Positions 10,901 through 21,357 of a DNA stretch of 64,000 nucleotides are shown here, in pieces. Under the pieces are notes generated by a model, which was not told the DNA's origin, did not search any database, and saw only the letters and a program-made list of their open reading frames with translations. Both the position numbers and the translations under genes were made by a program. Every line of letters begins with the position of its first letter. Position 1 is the first letter of the stretch. The stretch is from a virus. Taxonomy: Duplodnaviria; Caudoviricetes. The stretch spans positions 64,001-128,000 of IMG/VR virus record IMGVR_UViG_3300020336_000481. One strand, given 5' to 3'.

Positions 10901-13850
10901 TGGTAGATATGGTGCTATTGCAGACGGTATAGATGCAACAGAAACACCAGCAACCGCTACTGTTAACGGAAGAAATCAAGAAGCAATAGTACAGTCAGTA
11001 TTTGCTGGAGAATTTTCAGATAATATATTTGGTATTGAATATAGTAATGCTGGGGAAAACTACACACAAGCAACAGCATCAATATTAGGTGCAGGTACAA
11101 ATGCCGTTTTAGAATTTGATGATTTTAGAACAGGCGGACTTTTTGAATCAAGAATTATTGATCCAGTTGACTCAGGTAGTTCAGGTGGAGCAAACTTTAC
11201 AGTAACAAACGGCAACGCACAACAACCTGATGGAATTGATGATTCATATCAAATTAAATTACAATCAACAGACACAGGTACAGCAGATAGTTACACTGGT
11301 ATGAAAATTATAATTACAGGTGGTGATGGTACAGGACAATACGGCATTGTAAATAGTTATAATGTTGGAACTAGAACTCTTAGTGTAATAAAAGAAACTA
11401 CAGGACTTCAAGGTTGGGATCATATTATTCCAGGTACTGCAACAGCAACGCAGTCAACTAATACACAATACAGAATTGAACCAAGAATAACATGTTCTGC
11501 GCCAGGATTTACTTCTAGTGCAGGTGATATAGGTGCAGGTATTGATACAATACACTCAGCGTACGGTGATACTACACAATCATTTACAGGTATTGCAGGA
11601 CAGTTAGGTACAGGAGGTGTTATAGACTTTGACGGATTAACACCAACAGCAGCAACATTTGACATACAGAAAATTGCAAAAAAATATACAGTTACTATAA
11701 ACACAGCAGGGTTAGGTTATGCAGTAGGAGATACAATTACTATAGCTGGTAACTTGGTAGGTGGAGTAACACCAGCAAATGATATTACAATTACAGTACA
11801 AAGTACTACCGACGATAGTTCAAACAGTATTGTAACTTTTGGTTATGCTGGAGTTGCAAGAAGTGGTAGATATGTTGTTTTAGGAGCTGCAGGAGTTAGG
11901 TATAGTGAAGATACTAGTTTATGGAATACTGTAACATTGCCAGGTACAACAGACTATGTACGTGTAAAAGCAGGTAATAATAGATTTGTTGCTATTAGAG
12001 AAAATCAAGGATCGTGTGCATATTCACTAGATGGTGTTACTTGGTCATCAGCAGTTATGCCTGCAAACCTTAAATGGATTGATATAACATATGGTGGCGG
12101 ACAATTTGTTGCTATTGCTGAAAATTCAAATACTGTGGCGTTAAGTTCAGATGGTATAAATTGGACATCACAAGCTATTCCAGATGACGGCGTTGGCGAT
12201 AGTGCAGCAACACAATGGCAACGTATTGCATACGGCAAAGGAAAATATGTAGTTGTTTCAGGTAGTGAAAGATGGACAGCAACATCAACAGATGGTGTTA
12301 CTTGGTCTAGACATCAAAATGCATTAGGAACATCTTATGCATTTATTGATTTTGTAGCGTTATCATATGGTAGAAATAAATGGATTGCATTGGCAACCAA
12401 CGGAACTAACACTTACAGTTTTGATGGTATAGTTTGGTATAACGGTGGAGACTTGCCGTTTGATGAAGACGGATCGTCAGCTTTACAATGGGAAGATTTA
12501 TCCTACGGTGACGGAGTTTGGATAGGAGTTGCAACTTCAGGTGGAACAGCAACTACAAGGGCTGCAAGTTCGCAAGACGGAATTAACTGGCAAGTAAGAT
12601 CTACATTAGTACAAAAAACTTGGAAAACAATAGTGTTTGGAGACTTTAATAATACTCCAATATGGTTAGCTTTAGGTGCTAATGATAATTTAGCATGTTC
12701 TAAAATAGTTACTGGAGCAACAGCATTACTTAGAGCAGATGTTGCATCAAACGGAATATTTAATTTTATAAAAATATGGGATCCAGGTAGCGGATATGAT
12801 TCTAGTAACCCACCTACAGTAACTATTATAGATAATACATATACTTTAGAAGTATTTTTAGAAAATAGAATTGGTAATGGAGTAATTGGAGAACCAAGTT
12901 TTGTAAATCGAGGACTTGGGTATAAGACAAGTAGTACTCAAGTTTCTATTACAGGTGACGGGTATGCTGATAGTTATACTAAAGGAGCAAATGTAACATT
13001 AGATGGAATATCAACAGTTCCAGGACCTGGTGCACAGCTTTACTTTACTGGAATATTAGATCTAGGTACAGCTGATCCTACTGATTTAAAACGTTATGTT
13101 GTAAGTAAAATTACAGATTTAGGACAAGATGATAGTGGAACAGGTACTAAGAAAGTTCGATTCCAAATATCTCCTCAGCTTAAAAATGGTGACAATCTTT
13201 TACATGCAACTTCAGTACAGATTAGAGAAAAGTATTCACAATGTAGAATATCAGGACATGATTTCTTAGACATTGGAACAGGAAACTTTAGTGAAACAAA
13301 CTATCCTACGTTATATTCAGGTGGAGCATATTTTGTAAGTGCTCCTGAAAACGAAGTTATTGAACAAAACGGCGGTCGTGTATTTTATACAAGTACAGAT
13401 CAAAATGGTAACTTTAGAACAGGTGAACTTTTTGCTGTTGAGCAGGCAACAGGTATTGTAACAATTAGTGCTGATTTCTTTGACTTAGACGGTCTAAGTG
13501 AATTATCACTAGGTGGAGTTAGACTAGGTGGATCAGGTGCAGTAATTAAAGAATTTAGTACTGACCCATTCTTTAGTCAGGATAGTAATAACGTTGTACC
13601 AACGCAACGTGCTATAACAACTTTCCTTGCAAATAGACTTAGTGTTGGTGGTTCTGACTTAGAAACAAACTTTTTAACAGCAGGGCAAATACAATTAGGC
13701 GGTCCAAATAATATAATAAGCACAACAATAGGAACAGAAATACAAATTCCGGTAATGGCAGTGTTTGATGGACCGGAATCGGGCATTAACGGAATATTAA
13801 TAGGACAAATGCTAACAAACAGGAACCCCTTTGATGAGTCCATGCAATAA
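7923..13850 (+). CDS. Giant virion structural protein (1975 aa): Trp/Tyr repeats, inserted cupredoxin-like domain, beta-helix and beta-propeller regions
   Basis: N-terminal W...Y..GD.V.YGG..Y.C repeats; HPLSFS...YYCTSHIGMG; S.DG..W propeller repeats; paralog of 13896..21005. Confidence 0.8.
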   Translation: MSEFNLNRFRYNWKGDWVTGTAYNRDDIVKVGGKTYVCLVTHTANASFNVDLTATLPGSNPSVPQPKWVVMTESTTYKGAWQSATEYYPADIVLKDGVLWKCTTYIGSSSNWAIDESSWEIYAGHIDFKGDWTNTTDYGQGALVRYNGIVYKCVTSHVSQTTLEDDLSKWAIFYEGRHFAGTWAISTNYRKNDFVLYGGSIWKCTQTHTSGIVSIDTTKFTIAFHGFENEGYWTNEKQYQTGDIVRYGGYTYIAVNVNKDSNPDAASGTSLDSTLDWQVLSYGYNFKGDYKSDRPYRAGDVVLRGGDLYLALIPIDREAQDDSSIDYLDTAIWEKLIPGQQWSKQDGHVFFDVEVRRNAANTADVYFIDGSERPQLSLQKGVTYTFDQSTDSNENYGGGTSHPLSFSSDDPDGDSGSGSAYTYMVHYYLNNNKVVKSDYISGFATAWRRKIEIMVNKNTSTTLFYYCTSHIGMGNSCDVSSDIQAESGSWIQANKYHVGDVVYFYGDAYSCNFEHTSNTDNFPGDNGSGYFYWDILIQGGIDAGLNTKGDLLTYGTPTTSSLKGDGSSQGLTSVPIGVSEQLLSVNNNDEVFWREYLDSAFNVHVTQNGVDEIGRGLTADKPFKTVGYALEFVQENFTANTPVKVKIATGRYTEAGPMVIPAGCVVMGDELRATTIEAQPAIKEMLNDLPITQGYLDRLTSIVFDLINNNLISASNGHTEAQVRNLPAAGVGISTIIANLITDIKNYQDQALGSGVDSPTVTGTNTLTVDQGRLNAVAILRANVKYLKKELTSFVDANNSTYSYTASRMESDIEFFIKGFIYDLQYPGNYKTVLMARRYCNRHSGSTLDDMFWVRDVTGIRNCTLEGLSGGLNPPGVFDLYRKPTGGAFVALDPGWGPADDKTWIKTRSPYLQGVTNIGTGCVGKKIDGALHNGGNKSMVSNDFTQVLSDGVGAWVLNNARAELVSVFTYYCTVGYLAENGGIIRATNGNNSYGRYGAIADGIDATETPATATVNGRNQEAIVQSVFAGEFSDNIFGIEYSNAGENYTQATASILGAGTNAVLEFDDFRTGGLFESRIIDPVDSGSSGGANFTVTNGNAQQPDGIDDSYQIKLQSTDTGTADSYTGMKIIITGGDGTGQYGIVNSYNVGTRTLSVIKETTGLQGWDHIIPGTATATQSTNTQYRIEPRITCSAPGFTSSAGDIGAGIDTIHSAYGDTTQSFTGIAGQLGTGGVIDFDGLTPTAATFDIQKIAKKYTVTINTAGLGYAVGDTITIAGNLVGGVTPANDITITVQSTTDDSSNSIVTFGYAGVARSGRYVVLGAAGVRYSEDTSLWNTVTLPGTTDYVRVKAGNNRFVAIRENQGSCAYSLDGVTWSSAVMPANLKWIDITYGGGQFVAIAENSNTVALSSDGINWTSQAIPDDGVGDSAATQWQRIAYGKGKYVVVSGSERWTATSTDGVTWSRHQNALGTSYAFIDFVALSYGRNKWIALATNGTNTYSFDGIVWYNGGDLPFDEDGSSALQWEDLSYGDGVWIGVATSGGTATTRAASSQDGINWQVRSTLVQKTWKTIVFGDFNNTPIWLALGANDNLACSKIVTGATALLRADVASNGIFNFIKIWDPGSGYDSSNPPTVTIIDNTYTLEVFLENRIGNGVIGEPSFVNRGLGYKTSSTQVSITGDGYADSYTKGANVTLDGISTVPGPGAQLYFTGILDLGTADPTDLKRYVVSKITDLGQDDSGTGTKKVRFQISPQLKNGDNLLHATSVQIREKYSQCRISGHDFLDIGTGNFSETNYPTLYSGGAYFVSAPENEVIEQNGGRVFYTSTDQNGNFRTGELFAVEQATGIVTISADFFDLDGLSELSLGGVRLGGSGAVIKEFSTDPFFSQDSNNVVPTQRAITTFLANRLSVGGSDLETNFLTAGQIQLGGPNNIISTTIGTEIQIPVMAVFDGPESGINGILIGQMLTNRNPFDESMQ

Positions 13851-13869
13851 TGAGTAATACTTGGCAAAG

Positions 13870-13877
13870 GATAAATA
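13870..13877 (+). promoter_or_regulatory. Late promoter GATAAATA
   Basis: Motif followed by SD GGAG and ATG at 13896. Confidence 0.7.
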
Positions 13878-13895
13878 TAGTAACGGAGAGTCTAA

Positions 13896-16800
13896 ATGGC
13901 AGAGTTTAAATTAGGAAGAATTAGATTTGTTTGGAAAAATACCTGGTCTACTTCTACCACTTATTATAAAGATGATGTAGTCTCGTTTGGAGGTCGAACT
14001 TATATTTGTGTAATTGGACACAATAGTTCAGCAGACTTCTTTACAGATTTTAATATAAGTCCACCAAAGTGGAACTTAGTAAGTGACGGAACATCGTGGA
14101 AAGGTGAGTGGAGTACAGGCGTTTCGTACATTGAAAACGACATTGTACAATACGGTGCAAGATTATATATCTGCCAAACTAATCATACATCCGTAAATGA
14201 CTCTACACTAGGTTTAGAAAATGATATAAGTGCTTGGCAACTATATGCCGAAGGCTTAGATTACAAAGGTGCTTGGACGACAGCAACAAGATACATTGTA
14301 AATGATGTAGTTAAATATGGCGGTACAACGTATGTTTGTAACACTTATCATACATCAGCTTCAACCGCGTCAAGCGGACTAGAATCAGATCAAGCAAAAT
14401 GGGATTACTTTAATCAAGGTTTAGAATACAACGGTGATTGGACTGCTAACACAAGATACAAAGTAAATGACATTGTTAGATACGGCGCAGCTCTTTGGAT
14501 TGTAACAACTCAACATACTTCGTCAACTAGTTTTGGATCAGACGAATCTAATTGGACACAGTTTGTAAGAGGTATTCAGTTTGAAACAGAATGGGACGTA
14601 CAGAAAAATTATCAGCCAGGCGATATTGTACGCTATGGCGGAAATCAATTTATTGCAAAAACAAATCACAGCGGTCAAAACCCTGTAACTTCAACTACAA
14701 ATTGGAGTGTTTATTCAGAAGGAATTAGATTCTTAGGCGAATGGGGAGAAGATAGTTCTAGCCAAGATTATAAAGTAGGTGAAGTTGTAAGACACGGAGC
14801 ATATACATATATTTGTACAGCTACGCATAACGGACAAGAACCACCAAATGCAAGTTATTGGAATAGATTAAACACTGGTTTAAAATGGCGTGGAATTTGG
14901 GCAGATGACAGACAATATATGTTAGGTGACGTTGTACGTTATCTTGATAACAGTTATGTTTGTATACTTGGACATTTATCAGAAGGTGACGATGGTTCAT
15001 CAGGTGTAGGCGCCGGCGCTGGTAATAGTAGACCAGATCAAGATACAACAGGCACTTATTGGAATATTATTGCAGTTGGTAGTGAACAAAGTGTTCTTAC
15101 TACAAAAGGTGACTTAGTTTATTATTCAGGAACAGCACCTACAAGATTACCAGTAGGAGCAGAAGGACAAGTACTTAGAGTTGGAACATCAGATATTCCT
15201 GAATGGGCATATATGGGTGTTGCAGATGATGTTTATCATGTTGCTACACACGGAACAGATGCTCCTGCTCCAACACATGGGCGTACAATTGATAAACCTT
15301 GGGCTTCGATTAGATATGCATGTAAGCAAGTAGAAGAAGGATTAAAAAATCCTAATGCAAAGTCTTTACTAGAATTAAATAGGCCATTTATACAAAAAGA
15401 AATTCGTAACTGGGTTGACTATCAAATTACTAATACAATAACACCGTTTGCGGGATCTTATGTATACGACACATTAAAATGTGAAAGAGATATGGGCCTT
15501 ATTGTTGATGCATTAATATGGGATATTACACACGGTGGAAATGTTAAATCTAGAGAATCAGCAATTAAGTATGTAACAGAACCAGGAAGTTTTTATACCT
15601 TAGGTCAAAGTGAAGAAACTGTTGCCGCAATTAATTACGGCTTAACAGTTATATCAAGTGTACTTGCACAAACTGCACCGTCTGCAAATTATCAAACACT
15701 TAACGGCGATAATTCTACAGCAGTAGTAACACAATACTTTGATAGTACGCTTATAGCAGAAACAGGCGTTTATACTGAGATTACAGGACTAGCAGGTATT
15801 ATTACAGGTGCAATTACTGCAAATAGTACTGCAAATATTCCTGTAAGACTTATTAGAAGTGTATTAATTAAAGTTGCAACAGGAAAATATTACGAAACAT
15901 TACCAATTTTAGTTCCAGCAGAAACTTGTGTAATAGGTGACGAACTTAGGTCTACAAATGTTCAACCAAGAAAAGCAAGTAATTCATCTCTTACATCAAG
16001 ATCAGATGCTGAATTTAGTTTTAAAGCATTAGAAAGAGTAGAATCAATAATCGGTGATATTGTTTTAGGATCAACTGTTTCTAAAACTACAGGCAATACT
16101 AAAACACAATCACAATTATTTCCATTTGGTGAAGCACAACAATCAAATGCTGCAAAACAATTAACAAGAATTATTAGAAGAAATGCTGATCATAAAGTTG
16201 GCGACAAAGTAGAAAGAACACTTGTTGCTACAGCATCAACACATGATGTAAACTATGGGTATGCTAGAGATTTACTTCTAGCTAACAAAGAATTTATTAA
16301 AGCTGAAGTTACCGGTTATTTAACGACAAACTATTCAACTTTAAAATATAGTAAAACAAAATGTAAACAGGATGTAGGATATATTATTGACTCTTTAGTT
16401 TATGATTTATCATATCAAGGTACATGGCAAAGTATTACTGCTGGACTTGCATATTATGCAGGTACATCAGGTTCATTGCAAATTAACAGCACAGAAAAAG
16501 CTGCAACACTACAAGCATATGTGTTTATGCGTTCTTTATTACAAACTATTGCACAGAATGTTACAGTTAATCCAACACAACAAAGTGCAATTACACAAAT
16601 AAACGGAACAGCAGGAAATACTGCAGCAGCGGCACAAATTAACACTTTGATGACAATAGTTATTGATATTATTAATTTAGGTACAGCTAGTGCTCCATCA
16701 ATTACATATCCAGACATAAGTGGCGTAGCATCGGCTTTAACAACTGCTTCAACAACGTTAAGTAGTAACTATACAACACTAAAAAGCGAGATGGTTGCTT

Positions 16801-19800
16801 TTATAAGTTACAACTTTCCAAATCTAACACATGACAGTGCCAAGTGTGAAAGAGACTTAGGTTACATTCTAGATGCAGCAAGATATGATTGGATGTTAGG
16901 AACTAATTTTGCCGGCATAGTAACTGCTTACAGTTATTTAAGAACTTCTGCTAATAAAGTTACAGGCCCGCAAAAAACTGCTACTCTAGCTGGTTTTGAG
17001 TTTGCTAGACAACGTGCTAGAACCAAAGTAGGCGGAAATAGTATAGCACAAGCATATATTGATAGTACTTTTGAAATTGTTAATGATATAATTTTAGGTG
17101 GTAGTAATGAAGCTAACACAAGACAAATTGACGAATTTAATAATTATAGTGCAATTAGACAACTTCAACTTAATGAAGACTTTATTGTCGACGAAGTACA
17201 CGCATACATAACTAACTACTACAAATCAAATGTAACTAATATTACAGGTAGCTCAAATACACTAACAGTGTCAAGCACAGCCTGGATGAAACAAAATATG
17301 ATGATTAAATTTGTTTCTCCAGATGATTCAACAAATACTGTTGTAGATGCAGGGTTGGTTGAAAATCAAATTTATTATGTAAAAGATATTAAAAGCTCAA
17401 CATCACTTACAATAAGCTCAACTATCGGCGGAGCAGAAGTAAGTTTAGTTGATTACGAATTTGACTTTGTAATTACTTTAGGTTACACTTATACTAGATC
17501 TGTTTGTAGCAGAGATATTAAAGAGTATTTGAAAGCAATACGATGGGATTTAAAATATCCAGCAGACTTTAGTAGAGAATATAGAGATACTGTAAATAGT
17601 ACTAATTTTAATTTTATAGTACCTGGAATTTATAAAACTGCACTAGCGGCAAGATATTATGGAAATGCAATAATTGGCTCTCAAGAAGAAGACTTTTATT
17701 ACTTAAGAAATGGTACAGGTATAAGATTACAAACATTAGACGGATTACAAGGCGACCTAGGTCCAGCAAATGCTTATGGAACAAGTCGACCATCAGCAGG
17801 TGCATATGCATCACTTGATCCGGGTTGGGGTCCAGATGACGAACGTGTTTGGATTACAGCAAGATCACCATATGTACAAAACTGTACAACATTTGGTACA
17901 GCGGCAACAGGCCAACGAATTGATGGAGCATTACACAACGGTGGTAATGACTCAATTGTTAGTAACGACTTTACACAAGTTATATCCGATGGTATAGGCG
18001 CACACATTCTTAACAATGGTAGAGCAGAACTTGTGTCAGTGTTTACATATTACTCACACGTAGGTTACCTTGCTGAGAGCGGAGGTAGAGTACGTGCTAC
18101 TAATGGTAATAACTCATACGGTGACTTTGGATCAGTTGCAGAAGGCTTTGATACAAGTGAAACACAGATAACAGGTGTAGTTGATAATAGCAGTCAATAT
18201 AGACCTACAATAAGTCTTGTACAAACAGACGGTGCAGCAGAGATTTTACAAGTAGAATACTCACATGCTGGTAGTGAAGCAACTAGATCAGAAATAAACT
18301 TCTTTGGTCCAGGTACTAACGAATTAGCTAAAGCAGACGAATTTAGAGATGACGGAGTATTCCAAGTTAGATTACTTGACTTAGATGATTCAAGTGGTGA
18401 CATTGGTGGTAGTGGTTATACTATTACTGCTAATACTGCACAGTCAGGAACAACGTCACAAATTATTTTAAGTGCAACAGATTCTGCAAGTTCATCAGAT
18501 TATCCTGGTATGAAAGTTATTATTACAGGCGGAACAGGTGCAGGACAATATGCTATAATTAATACATATAATTCAGGTACAAAGGTTGCTACAGTTAATA
18601 AACAATCAACAGGAACTTCGGGTTGGGAAACAGTTGTTCCAGGTAGAGAGATTGTAGCACCATCTAGTACATCAACATATCAAATTGAACCTGCAATATC
18701 ATTTAATGCTCCAACTAATACAAGTCAAGCAGCAACACTTCAAGCAAGTGATACTTGGAGAAGGGTGCATTATGTAAGAAGTAGTGCAAACTACACAGGC
18801 GTTACAGGAACTACTTCTGGACACACAGGTACAGTTGCAAGTTTTGATATTGATAGGGTTGATAGCAAATATTTTGTAACAATAGAAAACGGTGGAACTG
18901 ACTATACAAGATTAGAAACTGTTGTAGTTCCAGGAACTAGTTTAGGTGGAGCAACACCTGCTAACGATTTAACACTTACAATTACTACAGTAAATGCTGT
19001 TACAGGCGCTATTGTAGATTTTGATTTTGCTGGTAACGGATTAGGCGGCAAATATTTATTATTAGGTGATGACACTATTGCAAACGAAAGTATTGATGGA
19101 GTTACATGGACAGCTAAAACAGTACCAACAACAGGAAGTGGCGGTACTTGGAGAAATGTTGCAAATGGATTCTTAGATGACGGTAGTTCAAGTTTTGAGA
19201 CTACAGCCGCAGTAGCAGTTACTAATGGGTCATTAAATTACATGTACTCAACAAACGGTAATACATGGACAGGTGGAACGTTACCTAGTGGTATAGTTGG
19301 AACTGATACTAAAGATGTAGCGTACGGAGAAGTGATAACAGGTGTAAGTAGATTTGTAATTATTAATCCGCAAACTACAAACGTAATTACTTCAGATGAC
19401 GGAGGAGCAAGTTGGATATTAAGGTCAGGTGCATTACCAAGCACAGGACATGCACATATTACTTACGGCCAAGGACGTTTTGTTGCAGTAAAAGATAATG
19501 CATCAGCGGCTACAGATACATGCTGGAGTACAGATGGTGTTACTTGGACTCAAGGTGCATCACTTCCAACAGGTAACTCCTATAAAGATTTAGCTTATGG
19601 TAATAACTTGTTTATTGCAATAAGTAGCACAAACAATAAAGCAGCAATAAGTAGTGACGGTAAAACTTGGAGAGAAGTTAGTGTTCCAAGTATAGATGGA
19701 TCGTCAACATCTAACTATACAAGTATTGCTTACGGACACGGTGTATTTGTTGCGGCAGCAGATAACAACGCTACTGTACAAGATTATAACAGTGTAGTTT

Positions 19801-21005
19801 ATACCGAAGACGGTATACACTGGTATACACAAGGAGTAACAGTAGGTGGCAATATTCAAGGATTTGGCACAATAGCATTTGGTAATCCAAATAGAGTAGG
19901 TGGATTTGTTGCTATTGACAATGCAGGTTCTACAAATATAGCTACACTTGCAAAAATTGGTGCAAGAGCAAGAGGTAGAGCAAACATTGCTAGTGAAAAG
20001 ATATTTGAAATTAAAATGGAAGAACCAGGTTCGGGATACACAACACCGCCAACTATGACAGTTACAGATCCAAGTAATATTTACGATATTAACTTTACTG
20101 TAAGAACAGGTAAAGGTGTAAGTTCTCAACCAAGTTTTGAACATAGAGGCGCAGGCTTCCTTACTGCTACGGCAACAGTTGATGCAGTAGAGTATAATGG
20201 TGGTGCTGACTTCTTCCAAACAGGAAACTTTATTGCAGCAAGACGTTTAACTAAACGACCAGTTGCAGGGTCAAACGTAGTATTTGATAGTTTACCAAAT
20301 AAAACATTTAAATTAGTTGATGTGATTACGTTCTTAGGTACCAACGATGGATCATACACAGGATTTTTACAAATCAGTCCAAACATGACTGTTACAGATG
20401 CAGTCGTAGACGGTGATCCAATAACAATGCGTATACGTTACTCACAAGTACGTTTAACTGGACATGATTTCTTAGATATTGGTACAGGTAACTTTACTAA
20501 ATCAAACTATCCTGGTGTTCCTACAGTAGCACCAGACCAAACTAAAGAAACACAAGAGTCAAACGGCGGAAGAGTGTTCTTTACTGCAACTGACCAAGAT
20601 GGTAACTTTAGAGTTGGTAATTTGTTTAGTGTTGAACAAGCAACTGGTGTTGCGACATTGAATGCTGATGCATTTAATATTGCAGGTCTACAAGAACTTA
20701 CACTAGGTGAAGTTACACTAGGTGGTAATTCAGCAAGTATTACTGAATTTAGTACAGATCCGTTTTTTACAGCAAACTCGGATACTGTTGTACCAACACA
20801 AAGAGCTGTAAAAGCATATATTGAAGCACAAATTGGTGGAGGTGGTGCTTCACTAAATGTTAATAGTGTAACTGCTGGTGATATATTTGTTGGAAGTAAT
20901 ATTATTACCAACGTAACCAGCGGAGTGATAAATATAAACGCAAGAATGAACTTTATAGGCGGAGTTACAGGCATACCAATTGCTTTTAACTACTTCCTAA
21001 GGTAA
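13896..21005 (+). CDS. Giant virion structural protein (2369 aa), paralog of 7923..13850
   Basis: Same architecture, plus KC.RD.G.I.DA helical repeats; shared LDPGWGP, IDGALHNGGN and GHDFLDIGTGNF motifs. Confidence 0.8.
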   Translation: MAEFKLGRIRFVWKNTWSTSTTYYKDDVVSFGGRTYICVIGHNSSADFFTDFNISPPKWNLVSDGTSWKGEWSTGVSYIENDIVQYGARLYICQTNHTSVNDSTLGLENDISAWQLYAEGLDYKGAWTTATRYIVNDVVKYGGTTYVCNTYHTSASTASSGLESDQAKWDYFNQGLEYNGDWTANTRYKVNDIVRYGAALWIVTTQHTSSTSFGSDESNWTQFVRGIQFETEWDVQKNYQPGDIVRYGGNQFIAKTNHSGQNPVTSTTNWSVYSEGIRFLGEWGEDSSSQDYKVGEVVRHGAYTYICTATHNGQEPPNASYWNRLNTGLKWRGIWADDRQYMLGDVVRYLDNSYVCILGHLSEGDDGSSGVGAGAGNSRPDQDTTGTYWNIIAVGSEQSVLTTKGDLVYYSGTAPTRLPVGAEGQVLRVGTSDIPEWAYMGVADDVYHVATHGTDAPAPTHGRTIDKPWASIRYACKQVEEGLKNPNAKSLLELNRPFIQKEIRNWVDYQITNTITPFAGSYVYDTLKCERDMGLIVDALIWDITHGGNVKSRESAIKYVTEPGSFYTLGQSEETVAAINYGLTVISSVLAQTAPSANYQTLNGDNSTAVVTQYFDSTLIAETGVYTEITGLAGIITGAITANSTANIPVRLIRSVLIKVATGKYYETLPILVPAETCVIGDELRSTNVQPRKASNSSLTSRSDAEFSFKALERVESIIGDIVLGSTVSKTTGNTKTQSQLFPFGEAQQSNAAKQLTRIIRRNADHKVGDKVERTLVATASTHDVNYGYARDLLLANKEFIKAEVTGYLTTNYSTLKYSKTKCKQDVGYIIDSLVYDLSYQGTWQSITAGLAYYAGTSGSLQINSTEKAATLQAYVFMRSLLQTIAQNVTVNPTQQSAITQINGTAGNTAAAAQINTLMTIVIDIINLGTASAPSITYPDISGVASALTTASTTLSSNYTTLKSEMVAFISYNFPNLTHDSAKCERDLGYILDAARYDWMLGTNFAGIVTAYSYLRTSANKVTGPQKTATLAGFEFARQRARTKVGGNSIAQAYIDSTFEIVNDIILGGSNEANTRQIDEFNNYSAIRQLQLNEDFIVDEVHAYITNYYKSNVTNITGSSNTLTVSSTAWMKQNMMIKFVSPDDSTNTVVDAGLVENQIYYVKDIKSSTSLTISSTIGGAEVSLVDYEFDFVITLGYTYTRSVCSRDIKEYLKAIRWDLKYPADFSREYRDTVNSTNFNFIVPGIYKTALAARYYGNAIIGSQEEDFYYLRNGTGIRLQTLDGLQGDLGPANAYGTSRPSAGAYASLDPGWGPDDERVWITARSPYVQNCTTFGTAATGQRIDGALHNGGNDSIVSNDFTQVISDGIGAHILNNGRAELVSVFTYYSHVGYLAESGGRVRATNGNNSYGDFGSVAEGFDTSETQITGVVDNSSQYRPTISLVQTDGAAEILQVEYSHAGSEATRSEINFFGPGTNELAKADEFRDDGVFQVRLLDLDDSSGDIGGSGYTITANTAQSGTTSQIILSATDSASSSDYPGMKVIITGGTGAGQYAIINTYNSGTKVATVNKQSTGTSGWETVVPGREIVAPSSTSTYQIEPAISFNAPTNTSQAATLQASDTWRRVHYVRSSANYTGVTGTTSGHTGTVASFDIDRVDSKYFVTIENGGTDYTRLETVVVPGTSLGGATPANDLTLTITTVNAVTGAIVDFDFAGNGLGGKYLLLGDDTIANESIDGVTWTAKTVPTTGSGGTWRNVANGFLDDGSSSFETTAAVAVTNGSLNYMYSTNGNTWTGGTLPSGIVGTDTKDVAYGEVITGVSRFVIINPQTTNVITSDDGGASWILRSGALPSTGHAHITYGQGRFVAVKDNASAATDTCWSTDGVTWTQGASLPTGNSYKDLAYGNNLFIAISSTNNKAAISSDGKTWREVSVPSIDGSSTSNYTSIAYGHGVFVAAADNNATVQDYNSVVYTEDGIHWYTQGVTVGGNIQGFGTIAFGNPNRVGGFVAIDNAGSTNIATLAKIGARARGRANIASEKIFEIKMEEPGSGYTTPPTMTVTDPSNIYDINFTVRTGKGVSSQPSFEHRGAGFLTATATVDAVEYNGGADFFQTGNFIAARRLTKRPVAGSNVVFDSLPNKTFKLVDVITFLGTNDGSYTGFLQISPNMTVTDAVVDGDPITMRIRYSQVRLTGHDFLDIGTGNFTKSNYPGVPTVAPDQTKETQESNGGRVFFTATDQDGNFRVGNLFSVEQATGVATLNADAFNIAGLQELTLGEVTLGGNSASITEFSTDPFFTANSDTVVPTQRAVKAYIEAQIGGGGASLNVNSVTAGDIFVGSNIITNVTSGVININARMNFIGGVTGIPIAFNYFLR

Positions 21006-21026
21006 AAATAAACGGAGAAAAAAGAA

Positions 21027-21347
21027 ATGGCAAATGGAGTATTAGGAACAGCAGACCTAACAGCTACAACACTTACAACAGTGTATACAGTACCAGCAAA
21101 TACTTTTGCAGTAGTAAGTGTAAATGTTTGTAACCGTAGTTCGGCAGATGTAACAGTAAGAATTGCAACATCAGCAACAGCTACACCCACAAACGCTGAA
21201 TATATAGAATACGATGTGACCTTAGTAGGTAACGGTGCAGTTGAAAGAACTGGCGTTGTGTTACAGACAGGACAAAACGTTGTTGTATACGGATCAACCG
21301 GAGATATTTCAGCACAAGTTTTTGGCTTAGAAACATCAACAGTTTAA
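21027..21347 (+). CDS. Small virion/tail-fibre accessory protein
   Basis: 106 aa, TTVYTVPA..VNVCN motif typical of small phage fibre-associated proteins; SD GGAG. Confidence 0.7.
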   Translation: MANGVLGTADLTATTLTTVYTVPANTFAVVSVNVCNRSSADVTVRIATSATATPTNAEYIEYDVTLVGNGAVERTGVVLQTGQNVVVYGSTGDISAQVFGLETSTV

Positions 21348-21357
21348 GGAAAATAAA

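Noticed and set aside
761-21190. Many minus-strand and off-frame ORFs of 60-175 aa inside the giant structural genes
   Set aside because: Shadow ORFs from codon bias and repeats; no SD, promoter or recognisable motifs
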